This document shows, piece after piece, positions 47,156 to 57,000 of a DNA stretch of 64,000 nucleotides (the stretch's first letter is position 1; each line of letters begins with the position of its first letter). The translations under genes were made by a program, and so were the position numbers. This stretch comes from a virus: positions 1 to 64,000 of IMG/VR virus record IMGVR_UViG_3300007735_000793; one strand, written 5' to 3'. The notes under the pieces were generated by a model. It was not told the DNA's origin, did no database searches, and saw only the letters and a list, made by a program, of their open reading frames with translations.

Positions 47156-48931
47156 TTACCCCGCATACACTATATTATCTTGATTATCTGCTAAGTCTGG
47201 ACTCCAAAACCAAATATCACCATTATTCTGAATATACATATTACCAAATCCAAGAAGTTGACCACCAAATTCAGGTGCAGCTGTTGGAACTAAACTTGAT
47301 CTTGTTACGGAAACCAAATAATCAGTTGGGTTTAGTGTAGTTTGAGTGTGCCCTACACTATTGTTCAATCCCCATCTCGCACTAAAAGTTTGATTATTTG
47401 GGGAGGTAACCTCCACTTTTGAATTTAAGAAAAGTGCCGAACCTGTCGGTGAACCACCACTACCCGTTGTATACTGAACGATAATACCACCATCCGTATG
47501 AGTTGCAGAACCTGATATAGAGCCTGAAGCAAGTAGGATAAATCTATCTTCTACCATTACATCTGTAACATTCAATATTGTAGTATTTCCGTTTACTGTC
47601 AGGTCACCACCAACTACAACATTTCCCGTTGTGGTTATACTAGCAGCATTTACAACTCCTGCTGTTGTCGCAGTGAAGCCTGTGGATACTGCAAATGTCG
47701 TACCATTAAAAGTTAAATCATTTTCACCATTTAAAGAATTCCCATCAGTAAATGTTGCGATTCTGTTATCAGCACCATTTGTAGCATCTACTAAACTGGT
47801 GCCGAATACACGGCTATCAATGGCTCGAGTAAACACCTGCCCACTCGAACCCGTAACTAAAACTGCGAGCTCCGATGAACCTACTGGTAAATTTAATATA
47901 TTTACTCTACCCGCGTTTATTGATGCAGTGTCTGCTGCAGCATTTCCTAATGTAGTATTACCTTCTACTGATAAATCACCACCAATAGTTCCATTACCAC
48001 TTGTTGTTAGTATTGCACCTATTAACCCGGCAGAAGAACTTATGTTACCCGATGCTGTCAAGTTTGTGGTTGCAATACCACTACCAGCAACTTGAAGGGT
48101 GTTTGTTGGAGTTCCTGTTCCTATACCCACATTACCACTACCACTTACAACAAACGCATTTGGAGAACCGAGTGAAGATGCCCTTAATATAATGGTGGGG
48201 TTAGTACCAACAACAGATAAAAAAGCATCTGGAGTTGTAGTATTTATACCTACTCTACCACTACCCGATACAAATAGAAAGGCCTGGCTAGCATCTGGTG
48301 CGCCCACTTGTAATAGTGATTGATTAGTGGTGCCAACTACATGTAGTAAAGCGGTTGGTGTAGTAACACCTATACCTACCCTACCCGATGAGTTTATTCG
48401 CATTCTTTCTTGTGCCAAAGAACCACTTTGTGCAGTACCGAATGCAAGGAAAGTATCGGGACTAGCATCTTCAGAAACTGCTTCTATAAAAGCTCTTACT
48501 AATTGTGAATTATTAGAACCAGAGGTATCAGTATCAGATGATTCAAATGCTATTCTACCTATTGATTGAGTTACATCAGATGTTGTATCGGTATCTCTAA
48601 AAGTTATGGTGTTTAGTGATGCGGTTGTACCACCATTTGTACTATACTGCCTACCATTATTATCATTAGCTAATATAACTGAATTTAAATTACCAGTAAA
48701 TGTTCCTGCAAAAGAACCAGTAAAAGAACCCGTTAATATTGAATTAGTACCAGTTGAATTTATATTGGCACCGCCAATTGCTAAAGTAGTTCCGTTATAA
48801 GTTAATCCACTATTTTCAATTTGACCGACATTACCCGCGATAAGTAAATTATCATTTGTTAATACTGATGATGTTATTCCGGATAAGTGGGCTTGTGAAC
48901 CGGATACTATAACCTTTTTCCATGATGGCAT
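47156..48931 (-). CDS. Tail-fibre-like protein with MPSWKKVIVSGS N-terminus
   Basis: GRVGIG repeats; DLTVNG..VEDRFILLASGS..DGGIIV module. Confidence 0.75.
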   Translation of the reverse strand: MPSWKKVIVSGSQAHLSGITSSVLTNDNLLIAGNVGQIENSGLTYNGTTLAIGGANINSTGTNSILTGSFTGSFAGTFTGNLNSVILANDNNGRQYSTNGGTTASLNTITFRDTDTTSDVTQSIGRIAFESSDTDTSGSNNSQLVRAFIEAVSEDASPDTFLAFGTAQSGSLAQERMRINSSGRVGIGVTTPTALLHVVGTTNQSLLQVGAPDASQAFLFVSGSGRVGINTTTPDAFLSVVGTNPTIILRASSLGSPNAFVVSGSGNVGIGTGTPTNTLQVAGSGIATTNLTASGNISSSAGLIGAILTTSGNGTIGGDLSVEGNTTLGNAAADTASINAGRVNILNLPVGSSELAVLVTGSSGQVFTRAIDSRVFGTSLVDATNGADNRIATFTDGNSLNGENDLTFNGTTFAVSTGFTATTAGVVNAASITTTGNVVVGGDLTVNGNTTILNVTDVMVEDRFILLASGSISGSATHTDGGIIVQYTTGSGGSPTGSALFLNSKVEVTSPNNQTFSARWGLNNSVGHTQTTLNPTDYLVSVTRSSLVPTAAPEFGGQLLGFGNMYIQNNGDIWFWSPDLADNQDNIVYAG

Positions 48932-49056
48932 AAATGAACTCCCTTATGATTTTTGACTTTATTCTACCTTATATAAATAGTTGTATATTTTATTTTCCCT
49001 TATAAATAAGTAGTGTTTATTTTTTTTAATGTTACTAATAATTAGTAATTATTTTT

Positions 49057-49701
49057 TTATTCATATCCCAAATAAAAGTTACCATCCGCACTATAATACA
49101 TCCCCCCAGTTACCGGAGTTGGTGGGGTATCAAACTTACCTAAAACCATAACACCCTCTGAATTGATTTGTGCTGCAAGGAAACTACCTGATTTGATAAT
49201 AAAGAAATCAGGCATTTCCGATGATATCTTTGTTTGGATTTGATTTGATTGATTATATATTACTACACTTGATGTGTTTATTCTTACATTTCCTAATTGA
49301 ATATATTCATCTCCCCCAAAAACCTCAGCAGTTGTTACACCATTATCATCCACAAAACTCAAACTTCTGCTTACATAAACATCACTCCAAGCAGCAGTAG
49401 AGCTACCTAATGAGTGTGGGGATGTATTACCCGAAGAAACATGGGGAATTAAAGAACCTGAAAAATTAGCAGAACCTGAAAACGAACTTCTACCAATTAT
49501 CAGTAAATCACCTAAAAGATTAACCGAACCCGTTGTGGTTGTATTGGTGGTAACAGCTGCTTCAATTGATTGACCAGCACTACCTGATTTTTTTAAGAAT
49601 ATTTTACCATCGGCAGTATTTACAGCTAACTCACCCAGCTCTAATGAGGATGTGGTTGGTACATTTCCACTTGTAAGATTTCTTCTAAGTAAAATTGACA
49701 T
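49057..49701 (-). CDS. Fibre protein with Mtd_N-like N-terminal domain
   Basis: ILLRR..VPT..LELGELAVNTADGKIFLK. Confidence 0.65.
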   Translation of the reverse strand: MSILLRRNLTSGNVPTTSSLELGELAVNTADGKIFLKKSGSAGQSIEAAVTTNTTTTGSVNLLGDLLIIGRSSFSGSANFSGSLIPHVSSGNTSPHSLGSSTAAWSDVYVSRSLSFVDDNGVTTAEVFGGDEYIQLGNVRINTSSVVIYNQSNQIQTKISSEMPDFFIIKSGSFLAAQINSEGVMVLGKFDTPPTPVTGGMYYSADGNFYLGYE

Positions 49702-52085
49702 TAATAAAATCCCCCATCAACATTTAATGCAAAGGATGCGGTTATAGAATACGAACTACTTATAGGTGTTCCATTTTCCCATACACCTTCATTATATATC
49801 AACGCCTGCCCATCTGTGGCGGATGTAATGGTTACATTTGTTAAATCATCCAAAGTAGTTACAGCGCTTCCACCACCACCAGCAGCACCACCACCTCTAA
49901 ATAATCCAGCAGGAATTATTTTATTATCAGTAGTGTTGGTTATATCGTTTGTATTACTTTTTAGTACTAAAAACCCTAAAAAGGTTGTAAAATCAAAAGT
50001 ATCACCTTCGGAAAATGAATCGGTTGATAAATTTGCTATTGCGTTTTGATAATCAGGATATATATTCCGGCCATAATAGATATACAACACACCTGTTCTT
50101 GGGTCGGAATACACCCGTTGTATTGTCCAATCATTGTTATTGACTGAACTGGTTGTACCTGTACCTGGATCATAAAATCCAGGTTTTAGTGATGTGTAAA
50201 AAGTATCATTATTCGTATCAAACCTAATTCCAGAACCTGAACTATAAACATATGCTATACTTGCTGTTTCCTGTGCGTTTGTGTTATATTGTGAGGGGAA
50301 TTGTAAATTACTGTCATAAAACCCACCGTGAATATAAGATACACCCGAACCAACAGATAATCTTAAACTTGAAGATTGTCCCGTTAATCCATATCCCGAT
50401 AATTTTAATGGACCGAAAGCATCTATAAAGTTTACTATTTGAGCGGTTTGGTTATACGCGGTCTGAACTGCTCCACCAAAAGCAGAAATACTACTATAAT
50501 TAAAATGCGCCACTGCCCCTAATGGGATATCATCGTGGAATTGCTGTGAGGTAAATCTTGTTGATTGTTGTTGCAATTCCCCATCTTCATCAATGTAGAT
50601 GTATGTTACCTGCTGCGTTGCAATATTTGTTATACTTTGTGTTATAGGTCCCCAAGTTACATAATCTACAATAGGGCCTACTTCAGAATTTGCGGTTACA
50701 TTGTGATTTACAATAATACCACTACCAGGAGAAACAAACACATTACTACCACTATAAGTTACTATACCACCATAAAGTAACCCAGTTTCCAACATCCCCT
50801 CAAACCATTTCCACTTTACTACATTACCATTTTGTCTAAAATATAAATCATTCCCCAAAAGAGTATTGGATGAACTTTGAAATAAAATGGTTGAATTGGA
50901 ATCTAATCCCGATGGATCCGGGTCTTGTGTTGGCTCAAACTTTATACTACCATCAAATACACTATTACCCTTTACTAATAGTGAGCCTGTAAATATGTGG
51001 GTATCATCGGATGAATTACCAAATTGGGTTGAACCACTTTGATAAATGATACTTGCAGACACAAATTCGGTGTGAAACTCTTCTGCGGTTATGCGGCCTG
51101 TTACTAATAGGTTTCCATTTACATGAAGTTTTTCGGTTGGTGCTCCAGTTCCTATACCTACAAACCCAGTAGAACCCGCAATTCTCATTATTTCAGGTTG
51201 GGTAACTGCGCCTGCGTAAAATGATATATCATTTGTTCCAAATAAGCCACCAAGCTCTGATAGCATATAAGCTCCAGTATGTCCGAAACTTGAACTTGCT
51301 ACGGATATATTATTAGTATTATATCTAATATATGGAGTAAACTGTCCTGCGATTAATCCACCTTGTGTGGAAGAGGTTACTGAAGTTACAGTTATACCTC
51401 CGTTTACTTGAAGGGTATTTGTTGGTGTTGTAGTTCCAATACCCACATTACCACTACTACTAATGGTCATTCTCACCGAACCACTTGTCTCTAATCGTAG
51501 GTTTTGATTATCATTTGTTCCGATGGTCATTTCACTACCTAAAGTGTTACCATCGTTTAATATTAATGCGCTAGAACTATAAAACAACCGATTGGATGAG
51601 TTTGTCCATAAGTGAGTTGAACTTGGTGCAGTTGTTTGAGATGAACTATTAAATAATATTGAGTTTAAGCCTAATTGGTCTGATACTCGCGCTATGTCAG
51701 TTACCAACACCGGCATTTTAATATCAAAGTTTTCGAAAACATCGCCACTACCACTTGCGAACTCATTATACGAATCTTCATCAGTATCTAATGTAAATGA
51801 GCCGGTGGACATACCACTTGCGGTTATACTTAATATTGTGTTATTTGTATTTACTGTCCAATTTGAAGTTGTATATAGAGCAATATATAAGTTTTTATCT
51901 TTTTGTAAAAATGATACAGTAGCAGAAATTCCTGCATTAACATCTTTTACTATAACCCCACCAGGAACATTAAACTTAAGATTAACTGCACCAAGATTTA
52001 CAGACGATGTATTACTTAATACACTAATACCATAATTATCAAGTGTTGTGTTTAATGAGCCTGAATTTGTTAGTGTTACTGCCAT
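49701..52085 (-). CDS. Tail-fibre-like protein with N-terminal cohesin-like domain (Coh-B)
   Basis: N-terminal ~125 aa nearly identical to the 44349 gene; shared fibre modules; distinct C-terminal domain. Confidence 0.75.
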   Translation of the reverse strand: MAVTLTNSGSLNTTLDNYGISVLSNTSSVNLGAVNLKFNVPGGVIVKDVNAGISATVSFLQKDKNLYIALYTTSNWTVNTNNTILSITASGMSTGSFTLDTDEDSYNEFASGSGDVFENFDIKMPVLVTDIARVSDQLGLNSILFNSSSQTTAPSSTHLWTNSSNRLFYSSSALILNDGNTLGSEMTIGTNDNQNLRLETSGSVRMTISSSGNVGIGTTTPTNTLQVNGGITVTSVTSSTQGGLIAGQFTPYIRYNTNNISVASSSFGHTGAYMLSELGGLFGTNDISFYAGAVTQPEIMRIAGSTGFVGIGTGAPTEKLHVNGNLLVTGRITAEEFHTEFVSASIIYQSGSTQFGNSSDDTHIFTGSLLVKGNSVFDGSIKFEPTQDPDPSGLDSNSTILFQSSSNTLLGNDLYFRQNGNVVKWKWFEGMLETGLLYGGIVTYSGSNVFVSPGSGIIVNHNVTANSEVGPIVDYVTWGPITQSITNIATQQVTYIYIDEDGELQQQSTRFTSQQFHDDIPLGAVAHFNYSSISAFGGAVQTAYNQTAQIVNFIDAFGPLKLSGYGLTGQSSSLRLSVGSGVSYIHGGFYDSNLQFPSQYNTNAQETASIAYVYSSGSGIRFDTNNDTFYTSLKPGFYDPGTGTTSSVNNNDWTIQRVYSDPRTGVLYIYYGRNIYPDYQNAIANLSTDSFSEGDTFDFTTFLGFLVLKSNTNDITNTTDNKIIPAGLFRGGGAAGGGGSAVTTLDDLTNVTITSATDGQALIYNEGVWENGTPISSSYSITASFALNVDGGFY

Positions 52086-52126
52086 TTTTTATTTTATTTC
52101 ACCCACATTTAGTATAAATATACCCA

Positions 52127-54082
52127 TTATAAATTAACATTTGGGATGTAACTCCCATTTACATCGCCAACTGAAAGTGCAAAGTATGGTAAGTTAATAT
52201 TACCACGAGATGCCGTTAGTGGTATACCAATTGAAGATACTGCCCAATTTGATGGAGATGTTTGTCCATTCATAAACCAACCTCTGAAGGTTGTATCAGT
52301 TGCCGTTGTCCCAAACACCCAATTACCTGCGGTGAATGAAGAACGATTGAAAGTGATTCTTTGCACAATTTGAAGTGGATCGGTGGCGTTTATAGTATTA
52401 CTTGCATTTATATCTGCTGCCAATCTTCTGATACCAGTTAATAGTTGAGTGTTGCTGAAGTGTCTTGCAATATTTAACGCGTCAGCTGCGGTTACTCCAC
52501 GCCAAGGTTTATTCGTATAAAAATCGATATAATAACTTCCCGTTGGAATATTACCACCAAAGTTAAAATCACCAGTCGCGTTTGTAGTAACTGATGCAAT
52601 TGTTTGATAACTACCCACATTTATAGTATCTTCGCGTAATAATCTCACAGTAGTATTTGTCATTGGTGTTTGGCCGGTATTATCATACCTAACAGTACCA
52701 CTTATAGATGCAGTTTCTATTATTGCTGGTGAGATAGGTGGATTACATCCATTAGGGTCATAAAGTGTTATATTATAATTTTGGTTCAATGCGCTTGATG
52801 GGGATGGACTATATTGTGAACATACATATACTATATCGTTAGAACCACCACTAGATGCCCAAGTTTGTGGATTACCATTACAATTGGTATATGTGTATGT
52901 ATCATGCGCACCACGATCTTCTATCAGCCAAGTTACACATAGAGGTGGTAAATTGGAGTATGTAACCTCACCACTTTGGGTATTATACATTAGGTAAAAC
53001 TCTTGCAATTGATTACGTGATTCGGTTAGATATAGTGAACCCGTTATTTCAAAATGTGAGCCGGATGTATATACCAAATTTTTTTGAGAACCCAAACTAC
53101 CTCTACCTATTATAAAAGAACCAGGTGTTTCCATCGGTAAGTTAAATTGACCAATTACACTTTGATAATCTCCTTGTGCTATTGTTGTATTTCCGGCGGC
53201 ATGTGAATAATTACCTGATGCGGATGTGAAATATCCTTCGGCATGAGAATAAGAGCCCGATGCGATTGTTTGGTTTCCTTCGGCATGAGAATAATTACCA
53301 TATGCAGTTGTTCTATCTCCTTCAGCATGAGAAGAAAAACCTAATGCGATTGTTCGGTCTCCTTCAGCATGAGAAATTTGACCAAGTGCTTTTGTTTGTT
53401 GTCCTTCTGTATGAGAAGCATAACCGGATGCGGTTGTAAGATATCCTTCGGCATGAGAACCTTCGTTTGTGGCGGTTGTAAGTAGTCCTTCGGCATGAGA
53501 ATATTGGCCTGATGCGGTTGTGTATTGTCCTTCAGCATGAGAATAAGAGCCTGATGCCAATGTGTACTCTCCTTGTGCATGTGAACCAGTACCTACTGCC
53601 ATTAACCCCAAACCACCCTGCTGAAAACTACCTAATAAATCAAGTTTTGCTGTTGGTGTACTCAACCCAATACCAACTCTTTGAGTTTGATAATTATATA
53701 CAAAATCCGCAGAACCACTAAATTTGCTAGCGCTATTAAATTGAACTGCCATATCGGGTGGTGCTGCACCAGTTGCTGCACCAGTTCCACCTAAAAAATC
53801 TCCCAACTCAACCCAGTCATTAACAGTGTTGGTTCTTTGATTTGGTAAGAACGCAGAACCTGTGTTTATGTATACATAATATTTACTTACATCTTGTTGA
53901 TAACACAATAAACCTTCAAAGCACAAACTATAATCTATAGCAAGTCTGTTACTTTGAGATAGTGCCAACATTCTAAAATCTAATGCCCACGACGGGTTAG
54001 TTAATGGGGAATAGTATGAACCTCCACTCGGAGTTTGTTGAAACTGATTTGGGTTGTTTGGGCTTATTTGTATTTGAGACAT
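52127..54082 (-). CDS. YadA-head-repeat fibre with C-terminal Ig + dockerin-like module (Doc-4)
   Basis: ~10 SH[AT]EG 14-aa repeats, small 4-Cys domain, then SGTVRYDN..VTAADALNIARHF..AADINASNTINATD..GDVNGSY. Confidence 0.78.
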   Translation of the reverse strand: MSQIQISPNNPNQFQQTPSGGSYYSPLTNPSWALDFRMLALSQSNRLAIDYSLCFEGLLCYQQDVSKYYVYINTGSAFLPNQRTNTVNDWVELGDFLGGTGAATGAAPPDMAVQFNSASKFSGSADFVYNYQTQRVGIGLSTPTAKLDLLGSFQQGGLGLMAVGTGSHAQGEYTLASGSYSHAEGQYTTASGQYSHAEGLLTTATNEGSHAEGYLTTASGYASHTEGQQTKALGQISHAEGDRTIALGFSSHAEGDRTTAYGNYSHAEGNQTIASGSYSHAEGYFTSASGNYSHAAGNTTIAQGDYQSVIGQFNLPMETPGSFIIGRGSLGSQKNLVYTSGSHFEITGSLYLTESRNQLQEFYLMYNTQSGEVTYSNLPPLCVTWLIEDRGAHDTYTYTNCNGNPQTWASSGGSNDIVYVCSQYSPSPSSALNQNYNITLYDPNGCNPPISPAIIETASISGTVRYDNTGQTPMTNTTVRLLREDTINVGSYQTIASVTTNATGDFNFGGNIPTGSYYIDFYTNKPWRGVTAADALNIARHFSNTQLLTGIRRLAADINASNTINATDPLQIVQRITFNRSSFTAGNWVFGTTATDTTFRGWFMNGQTSPSNWAVSSIGIPLTASRGNINLPYFALSVGDVNGSYIPNVNL

Positions 54083-54096
54083 AAAATATTACCTTA

Positions 54097-57000
54097 TTAA
54101 GAAAATTTTAAATAATAATTAAAATACATACCCGTTTGATTAGATAGTTGTGCTTGCGTATCTTGAAAAATATAATATTTAAACGGAGAAACTACACCAG
54201 CATAACCAGGAACTGTCCAAGCATTTTTATTGGGTGTACCGCCCGATTGCCAAGAGTTATCAAGATTAATATTTTCATTTACTATTATGTACAACCATTT
54301 TGAACCATCGCCACTAAAATCTGGCCAAAAAACTCGTAAATTATTACTATGTGTATTATTAGGATATGGTGTTATTCCAGAAAAGTAATATTTTTGATTA
54401 TTAACTATTCCCAAAGTAGGGTCGCTTTGATTATGTGTATAAACAATTTTACCCCGATTACTATTTGGAGTAGATGCATATCCAGGATCTTCATTTCCCG
54501 CACCACTATATGTCCAATTAACTAAATTATAAAAAATAGAACCCGTTATATCAGGATGCCCACCAAGTCTAATATCCCATCTTTTCACATCTAATAATGA
54601 TTGTTCTGTAAAATATAGAGTTATAGCATTAGTTACATTACCGGTAGCTGCAGGTAAAACCCCCCATCGTAAACTTATAGTTTTATTTATATTTACGGTT
54701 TCAGTAAAATCATTACAAATTTTGGGTGGTTGATTCAAATTAAAGTATGGTACTCCAGTTGAATTTGCGGAAGAAGTATATGATGAACTTATTAAAATTT
54801 TAAGATAAGAACGATTTGTAGATGTTGCACGAGGGAAGGTTGGATTATAAGGATAGGTTGTATCAATTGGTATATTCAAACTACTGGTCTGAGTATTACC
54901 TAATGAACCACTATATAAACCCGTTAAGTTTAAAAGATATCTATATTCATTTCCTGCAATGGTATTAAAATTACGTTGAAGGTTTTGTGTAGTAATGTTA
55001 TCTTTACGGTATTGTTGTGTCCATGGAGATAAATTTCTAAATTGATAACCAGTTGTGTTAGTAGGCCACTCTGATTGGTTTGTATTATATATAGATGCTG
55101 TAACTCCAATACTACCAGACAATCCTAATTCAACTGCCATATATCTAATGTCACCACCCAATTCGGACGGCGGTGTTCCAAGTTGAAAGTTTGTATTATA
55201 ATTTACAAATGTAGCGGGATTAAATGTAGCGGGATTTGGACACGGTCTTTCACTAACATTCAAAGTGAGTACCGATGAACACCTAGCCCAAGTAGTACTA
55301 TCAAACCGGGATTCAGATAGGGATGCGGTCACCTGTAAGGTGTGTGTTACCGAACCAAATGATTGGGTTGGTAATGTGTGAATTGATAAAAGTGAGTTAA
55401 ATAATGTATTTAAATAGTTTACACTACCAGTTTCCCATATCTTTGAACTTCCCGAAAAAAGTGATGCAGATATCAAAGTTATATTTGTGGGATTGGTACA
55501 AGGACTTTGCCATGGGTTGTTTGTTCTTCTAAATTTTGCCACTAAATTATAATCATCCAATTCTCTATTATGGCGCGTTGGTAAAAAACCAGTTTGGGTT
55601 AATTCACACGCAATTGCTAAATTAGCAGGTGGAGTTATTGTAAACGGTGTAGGACCACATTCCAAAGTTCTCCATGCAGTCGGATTAGTAACTTCCGATG
55701 TATAACTGGCAGTAACTATAAACCTATAAGTAACATTTCCAATTGATGATGTTGAAATTGTCCATGTTATTGGTAACGAAGAATACGATTGATTATCTAT
55801 AGACCATATTTGCGAACTTCCTGAAAATAGTGATGCCGAAATTACAGTTATAGATGGAATTGGTGATGGTGCTGATGATAAACTAAACCCAAATGTTAAA
55901 TTGTAATCATCACTTTCGTTTGGAAATCTGCATCGATTAAATGAATTATTATCTGTTATTGGTTGACAAATAATATTAAAATCAGGTGGAGTAGAACTTA
56001 CTTCAGCCGATGCAGTGCCATATGTAAACACCCCACTTTGAGAATTATATAAAATAACCCAAGGTTGTTGCACCTTTGGTAATCGCGCAATTACCCCACC
56101 CTCAATGTGTATTTTTTGCTGTGGATTAGAAGTACCAATACCAACATCTCCTGAGTTTTTTATCACAAATGGGTTATCACTCACCTGCGGCCATAAAACC
56201 GACTGTGAGCCTATAAAAGTACCAATAGATGAACTTATGAAGAAAGCATCTCTATCACGATTTCTAAAATCAAAAAATCCAGAATAAGAGGATGTATAAG
56301 GAGCCAATGAGGGTGTTTCGATAATGATAATCTTATCAGAGTTTACTAATTGTCCTGTTGTAGTTGCTCCCGGCGTACCACCAACTCTATATTTTGAAAA
56401 ACTACCTCCAATTATAGATGCAGAATCACTTAATTTTATAGATGTGAAAATGGAATTATCACCTGCTTGTGTGGGGGATGGGAATAATGAACGAATATAA
56501 TCATTACTCAACCCACCATTAAAATCCATAACCACTAAATTTTTAGCAGGAGGTGTAAAAGAAATGCTTGTTCCTGCTGTAAACGAGCCACCTACTAATA
56601 ATTTCGCTGAAGTATTTCCAATAAAATGAATTGTTCTAATTGAATTATTGGGTCTATCTTTAATTAAATCCCAAAAATCACCACTCTGATTCCAATCAGT
56701 ACGAATTGAACCATTTCCGGGATTTAAACTTGTCATTTTATATTCAACCGAACCCGAATATTTAGTAAAGTTACCACCAATATACAGGTATTCATCCGGC
56801 GCAATGTACGGGTTGTAGATAGTGTATACTGCCGAACCCGATGTTCCACCACTTATAGAACTACTTTGATTGAATGTAGTAATTACACTACCATTATTAT
56901 TTATTTTTAATATCCCGCCGTTACCATACTGATAATCAGATGAGCCTGAATAAGATGTAAATGTTCCACCAACATAAAGGTGTAAATTGGGGTTGTAACC

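Noticed and set aside
5673-54082. Diversity-generating retroelement or invertase shufflon acting on fibres
   Set aside because: No reverse transcriptase or recombinase in the window; repeats are direct and coding, and I saw no adenine-specific mismatch pattern
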